Origin: Octopus vulgaris
Taxonomy: Eukaryota
Assembly: GCA_951406725.2 (NCBI GenBank)
Contig: OX597832.1
Span: 60,264,001-60,328,000 of the forward strand
Reading direction: 5' to 3'
DNA length: 64,000 nucleotides
Shown: positions 1 to 13,314 of the stretch, piece by piece
Layout: each line of letters starts with the position of its first letter
How positions within the stretch are numbered: position 1 is the stretch's first letter
The notes under the pieces: generated by a model
Told to the model about the DNA's origin: nothing
The model's input: the letters and a program-made list of their open reading frames with translations, nothing else
Databases searched by the model: none
Translations under genes and position numbers: made by a program

Positions 1-145
1 TCAGTCTCCGTCTACCAAATCCACTCACAAGGCTTTGGTCGGCCCGACGCTATAGAAGAAGACACTTGCCCAAGGTGCCACGCAGTGGGACTGAACCCGG
101 AACCATGTGGTTGGTAAGCAAGCTACTTACCACACGGCCACTTCA
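1..145 (-). mobile_element. SINE family A, 5' half (tRNA-like head plus CORE-like segment), cut by window edge
   Basis: Reverse complement reads ...gtggtaagtagcttgcttaccaaccacatggttccgggttcagtcccactgcgtggcaccttgggcaagtgtc, matching the full copy at 46561-47002. Confidence 0.85.
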
Positions 146-191
146 ACGCCTATACATACATAAATACATACATGCATACATACATATATTT

Positions 192-235
<44 letters not shown>

Positions 236-248
236 GAATATATATATA

Positions 249-635
249 TCTCTCTATATATAAACGGCAGTTTGTCTGTGCGTGTTTCTGTGTGTCTGTT
301 TTCTCGTACCCTCACCCTGACCACGGCTTTCAACCGATTCTGATGAAACTTGACACACGCATAGCCCAATGTCATAATTCAAAACTAACGCAGCGAAAAT
401 TTTGAAAAGTTCCCCCAGTTCTGAAAAAAATCGATAAATTCGACATGGGGTTGAGAATAAAAAAAAACAAACCACAGACTGTCTAGGGGACGCAACTCAA
501 CCTTTTTTTACTCTCATAAACAAATTTACCATCATTTTTTTTCCATTTTTTTGCTATTTTTTGGCTATAACTCTCTAAAGATGCTTTATAGTTATTTCCC
601 TTACAAACCTGAGCAACGCCGGGCGATACTGCTAG
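249..635 (+). mobile_element. Non-autonomous Helitron
   Basis: 5' TC start (tctctctatatataaacggcag), subterminal GC hairpin cctgagcaacgccggg and 3' CTAG (632-635) followed by T; no TSD; inserted in (TA)n. Confidence 0.75.
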
Positions 636-641
636 TATATA

Positions 642-701
<60 letters not shown>

Positions 702-732
702 CATATATATATACGCACACATATATATATAT

Positions 733-779
<47 letters not shown>

Positions 780-799
780 CATGGATATAGATATAGCTA

Positions 800-990
800 T
801 ATATATAGTTCAAATTTATGGAAAAACAGAAGACGAAGACAGGTGTATAGACAACAAGCAAATGTATTGGTTTGACGCTCACAAATAATGGAAAAGTCTT
901 TTATGTTTCGAGTCTACGCTCTTTGACAGAAAAGAATAAGAGGAAATAGAGAGAGAATGAAAAAAGACGTGTAGGGTTCAGCGGTCCATC
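800..990 (-). mobile_element. Penelope-like terminal remnant with degenerate hammerhead-like motif
   Basis: Minus strand ctgtcaaagagcgtagactcgaaacataaaagac; homologous to 30490-30595, 36075-36215, 38500-38625 and 44440-44580. Confidence 0.55.
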
Positions 991-1385
991 ATGACACACA
1001 TACATATATACAAACATGGTCACACACAACACACACACACACAACACACACACACACACACAACACACACACACACAACACACACACACACACAACACAC
1101 ACACACAGACACACACACATATACATATGTACGGGTATATACGAGTATATACGGGGGTATAGAGGCATTAACATTGGTTGTGAAGTCATTAGAGGATCAA
1201 CACAAGCACAGGGACATATACGCATACACAAACGGGCGTATGTATACATACATAAACACACACTCAGGCACGCGCGCACACAACACATACACACACATAT
1301 ATATATAAACATACATACATTCATTTGTGTGTGAGAGAGAGAGTGAGTGTGTGTGTGTGTTTGCGTGTGTGTCTGTGTGTGTATG

Positions 1386-1509
<124 letters not shown>

Positions 1510-1915
1510 GTGATTCCTTGTTGCTGTGTACGGAGCTCAAGTTCCGTCGAGGTCGACTTTGCCTATAATTCTTTTGGGGTCAAAAAATTAAGAACTACTC
1601 AAGACCTGGGGTCGATGTAACCGACGTTTCCTCGCACAAACTTCCAGGCGTTGTGCCTATGATAGACAGGATTATCATTATCCCTATTACTATTCCACTC
1701 GGAAAGGAAAGTAGGGTTGGAGAGAAAAGGCCCCTTCCCCCAGCGAATTTATAAAAATATGGTGGGTGACTGAACATGTATGGTTAAGGAGAATAGACTT
1801 ACTCTAAGCATGCGCCGAAGCTTGTGCGCTTGTTAGTCGGGATAATCCTACACCTATGGGGTTCTTTGGCCGTAGTTGGAGATTTGCCTTCATCAGGTGA
1901 ACAGCATCATCCATC

Positions 1916-2118
1916 TCTTTTACTCTTTTACTCTTTTACTTGTTTCAGTCATTTGACTGCGGCCATGCTGGAGCACCGCCTTTAGTCGAGCAAATCGACC
2001 CCGGGACTTATTCTTTGTAAGCCCAGTACTTATTCTATCGGTCTCTTTTTGCCGAACCGCTAAGTGACGGGGACGTAAACACACCAGCATCGGTTGTCAA
2101 GCAATGCTAGGGGGACAA

Positions 2119-2150
<32 letters not shown>

Positions 2151-2332
2151 ATATATATATACATATATACGACAGGCTTCTTTCAGTTTCCGTCTACCAA
2201 ATCCACTCACAAGGCTTTGGTCGGCCCGGGGCTATAGCAGAAGGCACTTGCCCAAGATGCCACGCAGTGGGACTGAAACCAGAACCATGTGGCTGGTTAG
2301 CAAGCTACTTACCACACAGCCACTCCTGCGCC
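1916..2332 (-). mobile_element. SINE family A, full length
   Basis: Pol III A/B-box-like head (tggctgtgtggt; ggtttcagtccc), CORE-like catcttgggcaagt, internal (TA)n(TG)n, tail ending in (gtaaaaga)n. Confidence 0.9.
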
Positions 2333-3716
2333 TATATCTCATCACATATTTTGTATACCATGTATATGCTCTTATCTTATTTCATCATCCTCTCACTTTC
2401 GTCCCCTCATCTTTTTTGTATAAATCTCCACACAAATCGTAAACTGTTCTTGTAATCTCCTTCGCATTTGATGGCCCCGTGGCAAGTAGAAATCCTCCTC
2501 CTCCTCCTCGTCATCATCATCATCAACATCAACAACAACAACAACAGCAATAATACGATTAACTTCAATGTTATTTTTTGCGCAGGTATATCTAATCAGA
2601 ATTACGAAATACTGCTGGCGTTAATTAATTAAAACTGATTACTTCTGTAATATTTGCTCAAAATTCGATTTTTAATTAATATTATTATTGGGAATATTTC
2701 GCAGTGTTTATGTAAATGGATTTATTTAATAATTTTTACTGTTTTCACTGTTAATTAGTTGTTTATTAGAATGAGAATTTGTTGTTTGTGTATCTGAAAT
2801 CGTTGTTTGCTTACCTGAAGATGCAACTAGGGAGAATCGGTAAGATTTTTGTATTACAATAACACGTCCAGGTTTCGAGTCGCAGAACGACATCTTGGGC
2901 AATTGTCCTCCATTGTTGCATTGTGGTGGCCAAAGCCTTGTGAGTGACATTGGGCATACAGAAACTATGTAGAAGCGTCGTCGGATAGCTTTTGTTCGTG
3001 ATTCAAACCTACAGCCTTTTCACACACCGTGTTACATTAAGTGTAAACGTGTTTGTGGAATACACGGCAGTTTTACTTCTTTTTTTTTCAGAGAGGTAAT
3101 TTAGTTTTTCAAACAACTGCATTTTCATCGTCGAAACTAACGGAGATCCATCAATGTGCCGACGCTGTCGTCATGCATCGTTCTCTTTTCCCAATGCGTT
3201 GATGACACTACAACCTAAGTCTTTCCGTTAGGCATGAGCTTTGGCATCAGATGAAACCATAACGTTACTTCGTTCTCACTTTCTCATTATGATTTCTTGG
3301 TAAAGATATTGGAGTGCTTTGCAGTTGCCTTTCCCAACGGGATGGCCATTGATCCACAGGGAGCTCATCCACCCATTGTCTGGTCTTGGTTTTAGTCCAA
3401 GCAGAATGTCCAGGCACCCACCACTTCACATGAGCAGCAACCTACTCAAATGGGGGGAAACTGGTCTAGTCGCCGACCACCCGATCATGGAACAAGTAGT
3501 GAAACTGCTCAGCTTGGTGTCAGTAGCAAGTCTCATCAGCTTGGGAGTAAATACCTGAGATGAACATCAATGTGCAGGGCTCATATAAAGAATGCTTTTG
3601 TACTTTATATAAAGTACACATTGCCAGTTTATATAAAGTACATATCCTGTTATTTGTATTTATATAACATTCTCTGTTTTATTCCGTCCTTGTTTTCGTA
3701 TAATTTGCTGCTTTAT

Positions 3717-4220
<504 letters not shown>

Positions 4221-4271
4221 TATGTTTGTTTATTTGTTTTGTTTTGTTTTGTTTATTTTTACTATCAGGAA

Positions 4272-4550
4272 ACACTTCCAAATCGAACATCTTCCTATCC
4301 GCTTTGAGCTCCGTTAATACGGACATGTGCTTAGAATGTCGCAGAACAGAATCAAAAGATGAATTCTTCAAGCCGAGCCAATCTACAGAAAACATAGGAG
4401 TGGGGCAAGAACGGGGTGGTCGGGTATTATCCATAGACTCAATTGGTTACGCTGGGGAGTGCAGCTAGAAAGTGTAATGGCAGTTAGTTCTATTAAAACC
4501 TTTAGGAGGAGGAACCAAGGACTCTACATCCCATCACTACCACCACCATG
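4272..4550 (+). pseudogene. Degenerate RTE-clade LINE ORF C-terminus
   Basis: Manual translation ELR*YGHVLRMSQNRIKR*ILQAEPIYRKHRSGARTGWSGII resembles the RTE C-terminal LRWxGHVxRM...R..K.IL...GRP..W motif; in-frame stops. Confidence 0.6.
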
Positions 4551-4929
4551 ACTCTCCCAGGAATAGTGGGAGGAGAAAATGGATGTTTTTTAATTGTCGC
4601 TTTGTTTTCGCTTGTTTTTTTTTTTACGTTGTAATTTCTTTTCTTTGACGGACCCCGAAAAAAAGCCATTTTCCCCTTGCAGGAAGCCTAAAATAAACAG
4701 TGAAATAACTTTTTTTTAAAGCTGATCTTCTGGTTTAACCTCGGTTTGGAAAAGACATTCTGTAATGTACAATAAGTGGTCTTGCGAGAAATGATACGCA
4801 AAATTGAACATTAATTTCTACAGATAAACATGGAGACTTTCAAAAATCCGTGAAGTAAAACTTTGTAGCACCTTGTTGGTGTCAGAAATAATAATAGTAA
4901 TAATAATAACAATAATAATAATAATAATG

Positions 4930-5006
<77 letters not shown>

Positions 5007-5044
5007 AAGAAGAAGAAGAAGAAGAAGAAGAAGAAGAAGAAGAA

Positions 5045-5405
5045 GATGTATCAATACCGGCAGATGACAACGTGTCTCTAAAAGAAATGGAGAAACTCTC
5101 AAAATACAAAGACCTGGAAATAGAGGTAACTAGAATGTGGAATCTGAAAACAGAAACAATTCCTATCATAGTAGGTGCATTAGGCATGATAAAAAAATAT
5201 TCAGACAAATACATAACAAAAACACCAGGACTTACAAATACATATAACATACAGAAAATTGCACTACTAGGCACTGCACACATCCTACGCAGAACACTTT
5301 CCATACAATAACCATCAGAGCATCACAACAAATCACAGCACATACCTAAGGCACACAGAGCTGCGCTCGGTAGTGAAGTGAAAGCACGCTATAAAAATAA
5401 AACTA

Positions 5406-5410
<5 letters not shown>
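5045..5410 (+). mobile_element. R4/Dong-like LINE 3' end (restriction-like endonuclease C-terminus) in a (TAA)n array
   Basis: DVSIPADDNVSLKEMEKLSKYKDLEIEVTRMWNLKTETIPIIVGALG...IQKIALLGTAHILRRTL*; short 3'UTR running into (TAA)n; (TAA)n(GAA)n upstream. Confidence 0.85.
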
Positions 5411-5479
<69 letters not shown>

Positions 5480-5481
<2 letters not shown>

Positions 5482-5603
5482 CCTTTCTACTGTATGCACA
5501 AAGCCTGAAAACAACGGGGGAGGGGGAAAGTCGATTAAATCCACTCCAGTACTCAACTAGTACTTACTTTATCGACCCCGAATGGATAAAAGGCAAAGTC
5601 GAC

Positions 5604-5669
<66 letters not shown>

Positions 5670-5835
5670 AATAATAATTATAACAATCCTTTCTGCTACA
5701 GACACAAGGCCAGAAATGTTGGTGGGAGGGGGTCCAAGCGATTGTATTGTCCCAGTCCTTAACAGGTACTTATTTTATCGACCCCAAATGGATGAAACGG
5801 GGAATCGACCTCGGCGGATTTCGAAATCAAAATGT
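5480..5835 (-). mobile_element. Two degenerate SINE family B 3' fragments separated by (TAA)n/(TGA)n
   Basis: tttatcgaccccgaatggataaaaggcaaagtcgac and tttatcgaccccaaatggatgaaac match the family B core reverse complement. Confidence 0.7.
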
Positions 5836-5969
5836 AAAGACTGCTGATGAGCACCTGTTCCGGCATTGTTAAGGATTTTGCCTATGTAAATATCCCGTGG
5901 CATTCCGTCTAAATATTTGCAGGTGGAAGGTGTGAAGTTAATGACAGACAGACAGACAGATAGGTAAAT

Positions 5970-6265
5970 ATACGGGTTCGAGCTGATCCGACCAACAGAA
6001 CATTCTGCTGATCAGATTAACGTGCAAGTGGCTGAGCACTCCACAGGCACGTGTACTCTTAACGTAGTTCCGAGGGAGATTCAACGTGATACAGAATGGG
6101 ACAGGCTGGCCCTCTGAAATACAGGAACGACTCATTTTTGCCAGCTGAGTGGACTGGAGCAACGCGAAATAAAGTGTTTTATTCAAGAACATAACACTCC
6201 GCCGAGAATCGAACACATAGTCTTACGGTCGTGAACCGTGTATCCTAAACACAAAGCCACGCGCT
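5970..6265 (-). mobile_element. SINE family C (tRNA-like head)
   Basis: Minus strand gcgtggctttgtgtttagg...gttcgattctc...tcttgaataaaacactttatttcgcgttgctccagtccactcagctggcaaaaatgagt; homologous to 31193-31490. Confidence 0.7.
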
Positions 6266-6277
6266 TTCACTGGATAT

Positions 6278-6315
<38 letters not shown>

Positions 6316-6324
6316 TAACTGACT

Positions 6325-6440
<116 letters not shown>

Positions 6441-7070
6441 CAAGTCATTGACACAAATGTTTGTACTTGACGAGCAGTTCAGTTCGTTTTTTGGCACTTT
6501 TTTTTATCAGAAGTCAGGTCAACCTCCTTATCGGGATTTGAACTCATAGTGTAGTGATACATAAAAAATCCAGAGCATATTTTTATAATGTTGGCTGTCA
6601 GAAAGATTTTGGTTAAGTCTGTAACCAGACAGACTACATTGGCGCGGGTAGACTTTTTCTTTTTCATCTATTCTTTATTTATATTCTTTCTTTTCCCTCT
6701 TTTATTCATTTTCTTACTTTTTGTAGTAAATTAAAGGTTGGCTTATTGCCGGACTTGCTTCACTGACAGTCTGGCTGGTTCGTTGGTTGGCAGGCAAGAA
6801 TCTAGAAGTTGGCGTAGCTTTAAAACAGCAACTAACAACTTTCATGGTTACTAAATTGTCTACCGATTCTTTAAATGTGATTTTTTTGTCTATTTGCCTT
6901 TTTTTTCTTCATTTCTTGTCATCACTAAATGTGCTCAGTGGGTTGTGTGGTTGTATGTATCCGCTTGCGTTTTATATGTGCTTGTGTGATTATATGTATG
7001 TGGCGACTTCTGGTATGTACAGTCGTTTGGTGTGTATAAGTGTATGGGTGTATATATACATATATATATG

Positions 7071-7142
<72 letters not shown>

Positions 7143-7184
7143 TTTGAATAATCCGTAACAAGATAATTCATTTATCCATTTCAA

Positions 7185-7228
<44 letters not shown>

Positions 7229-7299
7229 CGCATATGTGACTGTGTGTGTGTGTGCGTGCATGTATGCATGTATATATATAGAGAGAGACAGAGACAGAA

Positions 7300-7369
<70 letters not shown>

Positions 7370-7879
7370 GTGTGTGTGTGTATATATACATGTATATATG
7401 TGTATATGTGCATGTGTTGTGTTTTTATATGTGGGGACTATGGATGTGTAGTCATTCGTTAGTCATAAGTGTGTATATACATGTGTGTGTCTGTGCGTGT
7501 GTGTTGATGTGTGTCAGTGCATTAGCTTGAAACAATCTAAGCAATGTCTGGTACCAAATTCCTCAAGAGCAATAAATTTTTACTTCAATGTCGCTACAAC
7601 CGCGTATTCTAAATGCATACATATCTACGTATATGTATATATATATTTATGTATGTATGCGTGTGTGTGTGTGTGTGGATGTGTGTGTGTGTGAGTAGAC
7701 AGACAGCCTGCAGTGAGCATTCAGAGTCGATAAAGGGGAGAAAAGCATTTAAAGAATTGTTTTTACATAGGCACACACAAACACACACACATATACACAC
7801 ATACACACACGCACACATACACACATGCGTATACGCACACACACATACGCACGGACTCACATACACATAGTTCATACGT

Positions 7880-8145
7880 GGTCTTTGTCTCAGACAAACA
7901 TAAACTCACTCCCGCTCTGTCTTCCCTCTCTCTTTCTCTCTCTCTTTCTCTCTTTCCTTCTCTCTGTCTCACAAGACTTTTCTTCCCTCTTTTACACAAA
8001 AATGCATTTCCCCTTCTCTCTTCCCAGCTTTCTACTCCTCTCTGTTTCTGTCTTTCTCCATCACACGTATAGACACACACACACACACACACACACACCT
8101 CTGTCCTTTCTCTGTCTCCCTCTTTCTTTCACTCTCTTTTGCTCT

Positions 8146-8196
<51 letters not shown>

Positions 8197-8770
8197 TCTC
8201 TCTCTGAAACAAAACAACGTTCGCTTTTCCACCTCTTTATCCATTTCTATAACCTCGATTTCCTCAGTCTATCTCTATCACACACACACACACACACACT
8301 CTCTCTCTCACTCTCACATGCTCACACATACATATACACACACACACACACATATATGCATACACACATGCATTCACACACACATTCACACACACTTCTC
8401 GCTCCCTCTCTTCTTTCTCGCTCTCTCGCTCTCTCTCTCTCTCTCTCTTCTCTCTTTCACACACACAAACAAACACACGCAATCTCACTCTCTCTTTCAC
8501 ACACAAACACACACACTCTCTCTCTCTCATTCTATCTCTCACTCTATCTCTCACTCTCCCTCTCCCTCTCTCACTTTCTCTTACTCTCTCTCTCTCTCTC
8601 TCTCTTTCACACACAAACACACACTCTCTCATTATATCTCTTTCTCACTCTCCCTCTCTCACTTTCTCTCTCTCTTTGACACACACAAACACTCTCTCCC
8701 TCTCCCTGCCTCTCTCTCCTCCTCTCTCTCTCTGTTTATCTACATATCTACCTCTCAGTTTATTTGTCTC
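7880..8770. repeat. Compound (CT)n/(CA)n tract of about 900 bp with extreme strand asymmetry
   Basis: Plus strand almost devoid of G; alternating CT and CA blocks. Confidence 0.9.
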
Positions 8771-9446
8771 TCGTTAATTTCAGACCTTCCACCTGCAAAT
8801 AGTTCGACAAAATACCCTGCGAAATTTATTTAACTTGTTTGTTCTGTGTTCAAATCCCGGCTGAGCAGACTTAATTTTTTATCGCTTAGATATCAATAAA
8901 ACGAGTTACCAGAGGCATGAAAGTACACGATATACTTAGGGACAATGCCCCAGAATGTCTGCAATCGAGTGATTGTCGAAATAACGATGAATTCTGATTT
9001 AGTCTGATCCACTTGCAAGAAGATCAAACCACATCCTATAATCTTAAGAATGAATACAATCGATGATGTACTCCGCGGTACACAATACGTGGACAAAACT
9101 ACATGATGCTCGCGATTGGATCACAGGTCTACTTTATTAGAACTGACCAAACACACATACACACACATATATGTGCGTGTGTGTGTGCGTGTATGTATGT
9201 ATACACACTCACAAACAATAATAAATATACATACAAACATAGACATGTATATAACATGTAAGAGTGTGTGTTTGTGTGTATGCATATATATCTATATATA
9301 TAACTAAAAATAAGGGTGTCTGAGAGACAACACCATGCAAAAATAGCAGTCAAAATCCTGACTTTAAAAACCACGATAAATGTTCATATCGTACCATGAG
9401 ATAAGACAGAGGGACAAAATAGACTAGCAAAAAATATTATTGAATA

Positions 9447-9505
9447 ATTCAAGATCCAGGATTTCTGGTTTTGCTTTAAATAAGCTTTACCGTCATCGGC
9501 TGAAT
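9447..9505 (-). ncRNA. Hammerhead-ribozyme-like motif (U4C core variant)
   Basis: attcag-CCGATGA-[stem II ggt..acc]-GAAA-tcctgg-ATC-ttgaat: 6-bp stem I, palindromic stem III (atcc t ggat), AUC cleavage triplet. Confidence 0.55.
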
Positions 9506-9896
9506 ATATCAAAAGTACATAAATACAGATACATATATGCAGAACAAACGTTATACTTACATATATGAACGTCCATACACACATATATATCTACGTATGC
9601 ACAAGGCCAGTTAAATTGCCCGCCAAAACACCCCATAACCACGATATGGTCAAAATAAACACCGCAGTGAATATAGTGACGAATTATATAAATTTATAAA
9701 TAAGGATAATATCGATATTTAAATATCGATATTATCAAGTGGCCAGCATGGGAAAAATACCGCACAAAGGTAATGATTTTTTTACAACTGAAAATAAGGG
9801 TGTCTGAGAGACATGTATATGTATATATATATGTATATATATGTATATATGTATATATGTATATTATATATATATATTTACATGTATATGTAGATT

Positions 9897-9983
<87 letters not shown>

Positions 9984-10843
9984 TGTGTTAGTATGACTGA
10001 TTATAACGTATATGAATTAAAATATAAACACAGGAACAGAATGCTGTCAGTCTCAAGTGAAATCCAGCCGTTTTCTCGTTATATCTTGAGAATTCGTTGC
10101 CTTGCGCAGTCTGTAGCATATTGGCACGACCTCTTTATTTGTGTATTGTGTGTAAATGCTATATCTATATCTCTGAGAAATTCTATATCATAAAGCAACT
10201 CTCTTTGACTCGAGACACGAAAACTGAACTTTCATACTGCTGTCAACACCGGAGCTCTCCATTGAATAATTTCAGGACATTAATTTATAATGCTTCCTAA
10301 ATTTTATTGACAATTTAGAGAAATGCGTCAAGAATTTCCAAAGAATTAAGGGAGCTTTAGAGCTACTACAACGTCAGGCTGTCATTTAATAACTGAGTAT
10401 CATGTGACAGGAAGTTATCAATAAGAACGAATTTTATATCAGTCTTGTTTAGAACACCTGGCATACTCCACTGTTAGATCGACTGTGATTTTACGCCTGT
10501 GGAAACAAATATTTAACCTCGACGATATATATATATATATATCGTTCGTTTCTTTCGTTCTCACACATATCTAACTATATATATATATGAGTGAAATTAA
10601 ATAATACATACATTTCGTCATAGATTAGGTCTAACCACATTCTGTGCAAAGGGCAGAGAAATCTATCTACTGTAAGTTGTGGTTCTAATTATTGGCCATG
10701 TACCAGTGAGAGTAGTCGATATATGATTGAAAACATTCTGCGAGTAAAAACCTCGATTCAGATTGAAGCTAAAATTCCGTTTCCTTCCATATATATTTAC
10801 AACAACTACATATAAATAAGACTATGTCTGGAATGGAACAATA

Positions 10844-10906
<63 letters not shown>

Positions 10907-10913
<7 letters not shown>

Positions 10914-11175
10914 TATCACATGACCGACCAGGCTATCAGATGTTGCTACACTTCGCTGGTCACTATGCTCTTCGCATTGTTTTAGCCTTCAAATGACGCT
11001 ACCCCGCTGGCTAAGCGAGCAGGCCAACAGAAGGAAGAGTGAGAGAAAGTTGTGGTGAAAGATTACAGCAGTGTTCACCACCACCCACTGCCGGAGCCTC
11101 GTTGAGCTTCAGGTATTTTCGCTCAATAAGCACTCACAATGCCCGGTTTGGGAATCGAAACCGCGATCCTACGAC
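10907..11175 (-). mobile_element. SINE family D (tRNA-Arg-like head)
   Basis: Reverse complement homologous to 30876-31178. Confidence 0.85.
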
Positions 11176-11341
11176 CACGTGTCCGCTTCCCTAACAAACA
11201 TAAAACCAATGTTGTAGGCCAACTAATAAAGAGGACTGAAATTCAAACATATCTTTATTGCATACAGACCATAGTTTTATCTTTAATTTATCAATTGGAA
11301 TCAACACCTCCTCCATCTTGCAAAATAACTCAAAGTTACCT

Positions 11342-11443
<102 letters not shown>

Positions 11444-11544
11444 CATGTATGTATGTATGTATGTATGTATGTATGTATGTATGTATGTATGTACGTATGT
11501 ATGTATGCATTTATGTATGTATTATGCATATATGCATGTATGTA

Positions 11545-11971
11545 TGTGTGCAGATTTGTATGTTTTGCTTTATGTATGTATTCTCATGCATATAGTTACA
11601 TATCTAGACATGCTCTTGTATATTTAAATGATAAACTTCTGGAAAGTTTTACAGATTTTTGCAGTTCCAGTGATGGATTGGATCCGTAGTCTTCGAATTA
11701 GCTTTCTCATTTCTGGTTTTGAAAAACCTAATTTTTCAAGATGGGTATTTAGGCAGTGTGTAACATATCCCAGGACCCCAATAATAACAGGTATAAACAT
11801 GAACTTGTAACCTGCTTAGGGTAGCTGCAGATTTCTGAATAGTTCAGTGTAGGTATTCTCTTTTTCACTGATCTTCAGTTTTATGTCAACATCCGCTGGG
11901 CAGCTAATTTTCATAACTGTGCTCAGTTTCTCTTCTCTATCCCAAATCATTATATCAGGTCTATTGTACTT
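11545..11971 (-). mobile_element. RLE-bearing LINE (R4-like) 3' fragment inside (TATG)n
   Basis: Manual translation 11971->11624: KYNRPDIMIWDREEKLSTVMKISCPADVDIKLKISEKENTYTELFRNLQLP*AGYKFMFIPVIIGVLG...TGTAKICKTFQKFII*; RPD...K..Y and P.IIG.LG RLE motifs; absent from the ORF track because of an internal stop. Confidence 0.8.
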
Positions 11972-12805
11972 GTATGTATGTATGTATGTATGTATGTATG
12001 TATGTATTTATGTATGTATGTATGTATGTATTTATGTATGTATGTATGTAGGTAGGTAGGTAGGTAGGTAGGTAGGTAGGTAGGTAGGTATGTATGTATG
12101 TATGTATGTATGTATGTATGTATGTAGGTAGGTAGGTAGGTAGGTAGGTAGGTATGTATGCATGTATGTGTGTATGCATGCATGCATTCATCCATGTATG
12201 TATGTATGTATGTATGTATGTATGTATGTATGTATGCATGCATGCATGTATGTATGTATATGTGTAGGGAGATTGGTATACTTTGTTTTGTGTGTGTATT
12301 CTCGTGCATATAGCTGTATGTATAGACATGCTCATATAAATTAGAACACTCCAGCTGAATGTGAGACGGCTATCATAGAACTAAGGGCTATCATCTAACA
12401 AGATGAAGCAATCATCATCATATTACATAAACACATACATGCATGCACACATACATACATGTGTATGTGTGTGTGTATGTGTGTTTGTGTATGTGTGTGT
12501 GTGTGTATTAATATAAAAGTGAGTTTGAATGGATATGTTACCAGGGCGAGTACCGTATTGGCTCTCAGTTAAGTTCCAGTTGACGGCTAACCACTTCGAT
12601 CGGTATTTAACGTCTGTCACTACTATTTGTGACTAGGCAAGCCGTGAATCCTTCCGATAGGTAATTCTGAGTACTCTTCTCTCAAAGGCAGAAATTGTCT
12701 GGAATATATATTATTATTAATAATGAAGAGTATAGAGGCTTGTACAGCCACAAAATTATAAAATAAATTTAATGGACGTACAGGTCTCCATACTCTTTAT
12801 TATTC

Positions 12806-12995
12806 TTTTCTACTCAACGCTCAAGGTGTGACATTTTTGTGGAGGGTGCCAGTCGAGTAGATCGACCCCAGTATGCAACTGGTACCTAATTTATCGACCG
12901 CGAAGGGATGAAAGGTAAAGTCGACCTCGGCCGAATTTGAAATACCGCTAAGCATTTCACCCGGCGTGCTAACGATTCTTCCAGCTCGCCACCTT
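12806..12995 (-). mobile_element. SINE family B
   Basis: Minus strand aaggtggcgagctggaagaatcgttagcacgccgg...gaggtcgactttacctttcatcccttcgcggtcgataaatt. Confidence 0.8.
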
Positions 12996-13033
12996 AATAT
13001 AATCTTTATAAATTAATAATTATACATATATGA

Positions 13034-13100
<67 letters not shown>

Positions 13101-13269
13101 GGGTGTGTGTGATTGTGTATAGAAGAATATATTAATAAAAGGAATTCCAACCTTGTCTGATTTTCACGTTTTATTTACAATCTTATAATGATATATTATA
13201 AGATAATATATTATAATTGAATAAAATAAAATAAAATGAAATAGTAGAATGTTAAATGTTCATTCTGAT

Positions 13270-13314
13270 TGAACTAGTACTTTCATGCATTGAATTCTGC
13301 AATCTTCGGGTTCA
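13270..13314 (-). ncRNA. Minimal hammerhead-ribozyme-like motif (U4C core variant)
   Basis: tgaac-CCGAAGA-t-tgca(gaattcaa)tgca-t-GAAA-gtac-TA-gttca: perfect 5-bp stem I, 4-bp stem II, palindromic stem III agtact, CUA triplet. Confidence 0.6.

Noticed and set aside
66-263. Recurrent peptide MPKVPRSGTEPGTMWLVSKLLTT in many ORFs
   Set aside because: Antisense reading of the SINE A tRNA-like head; not a protein family.
1851-1899. Minus-strand cac-CTGATGA-aggc...gcc-aaag...ggtg hammerhead-like motif
   Set aside because: GAAA and stem III are missing; at best a decayed relic.
6727-6900. Possible exon after a polypyrimidine tract encoding WLIAGLASLTVWLVRWLAG
   Set aside because: No convincing GT donor or recognisable homology; may be decayed (GGTT/GGCT)n.
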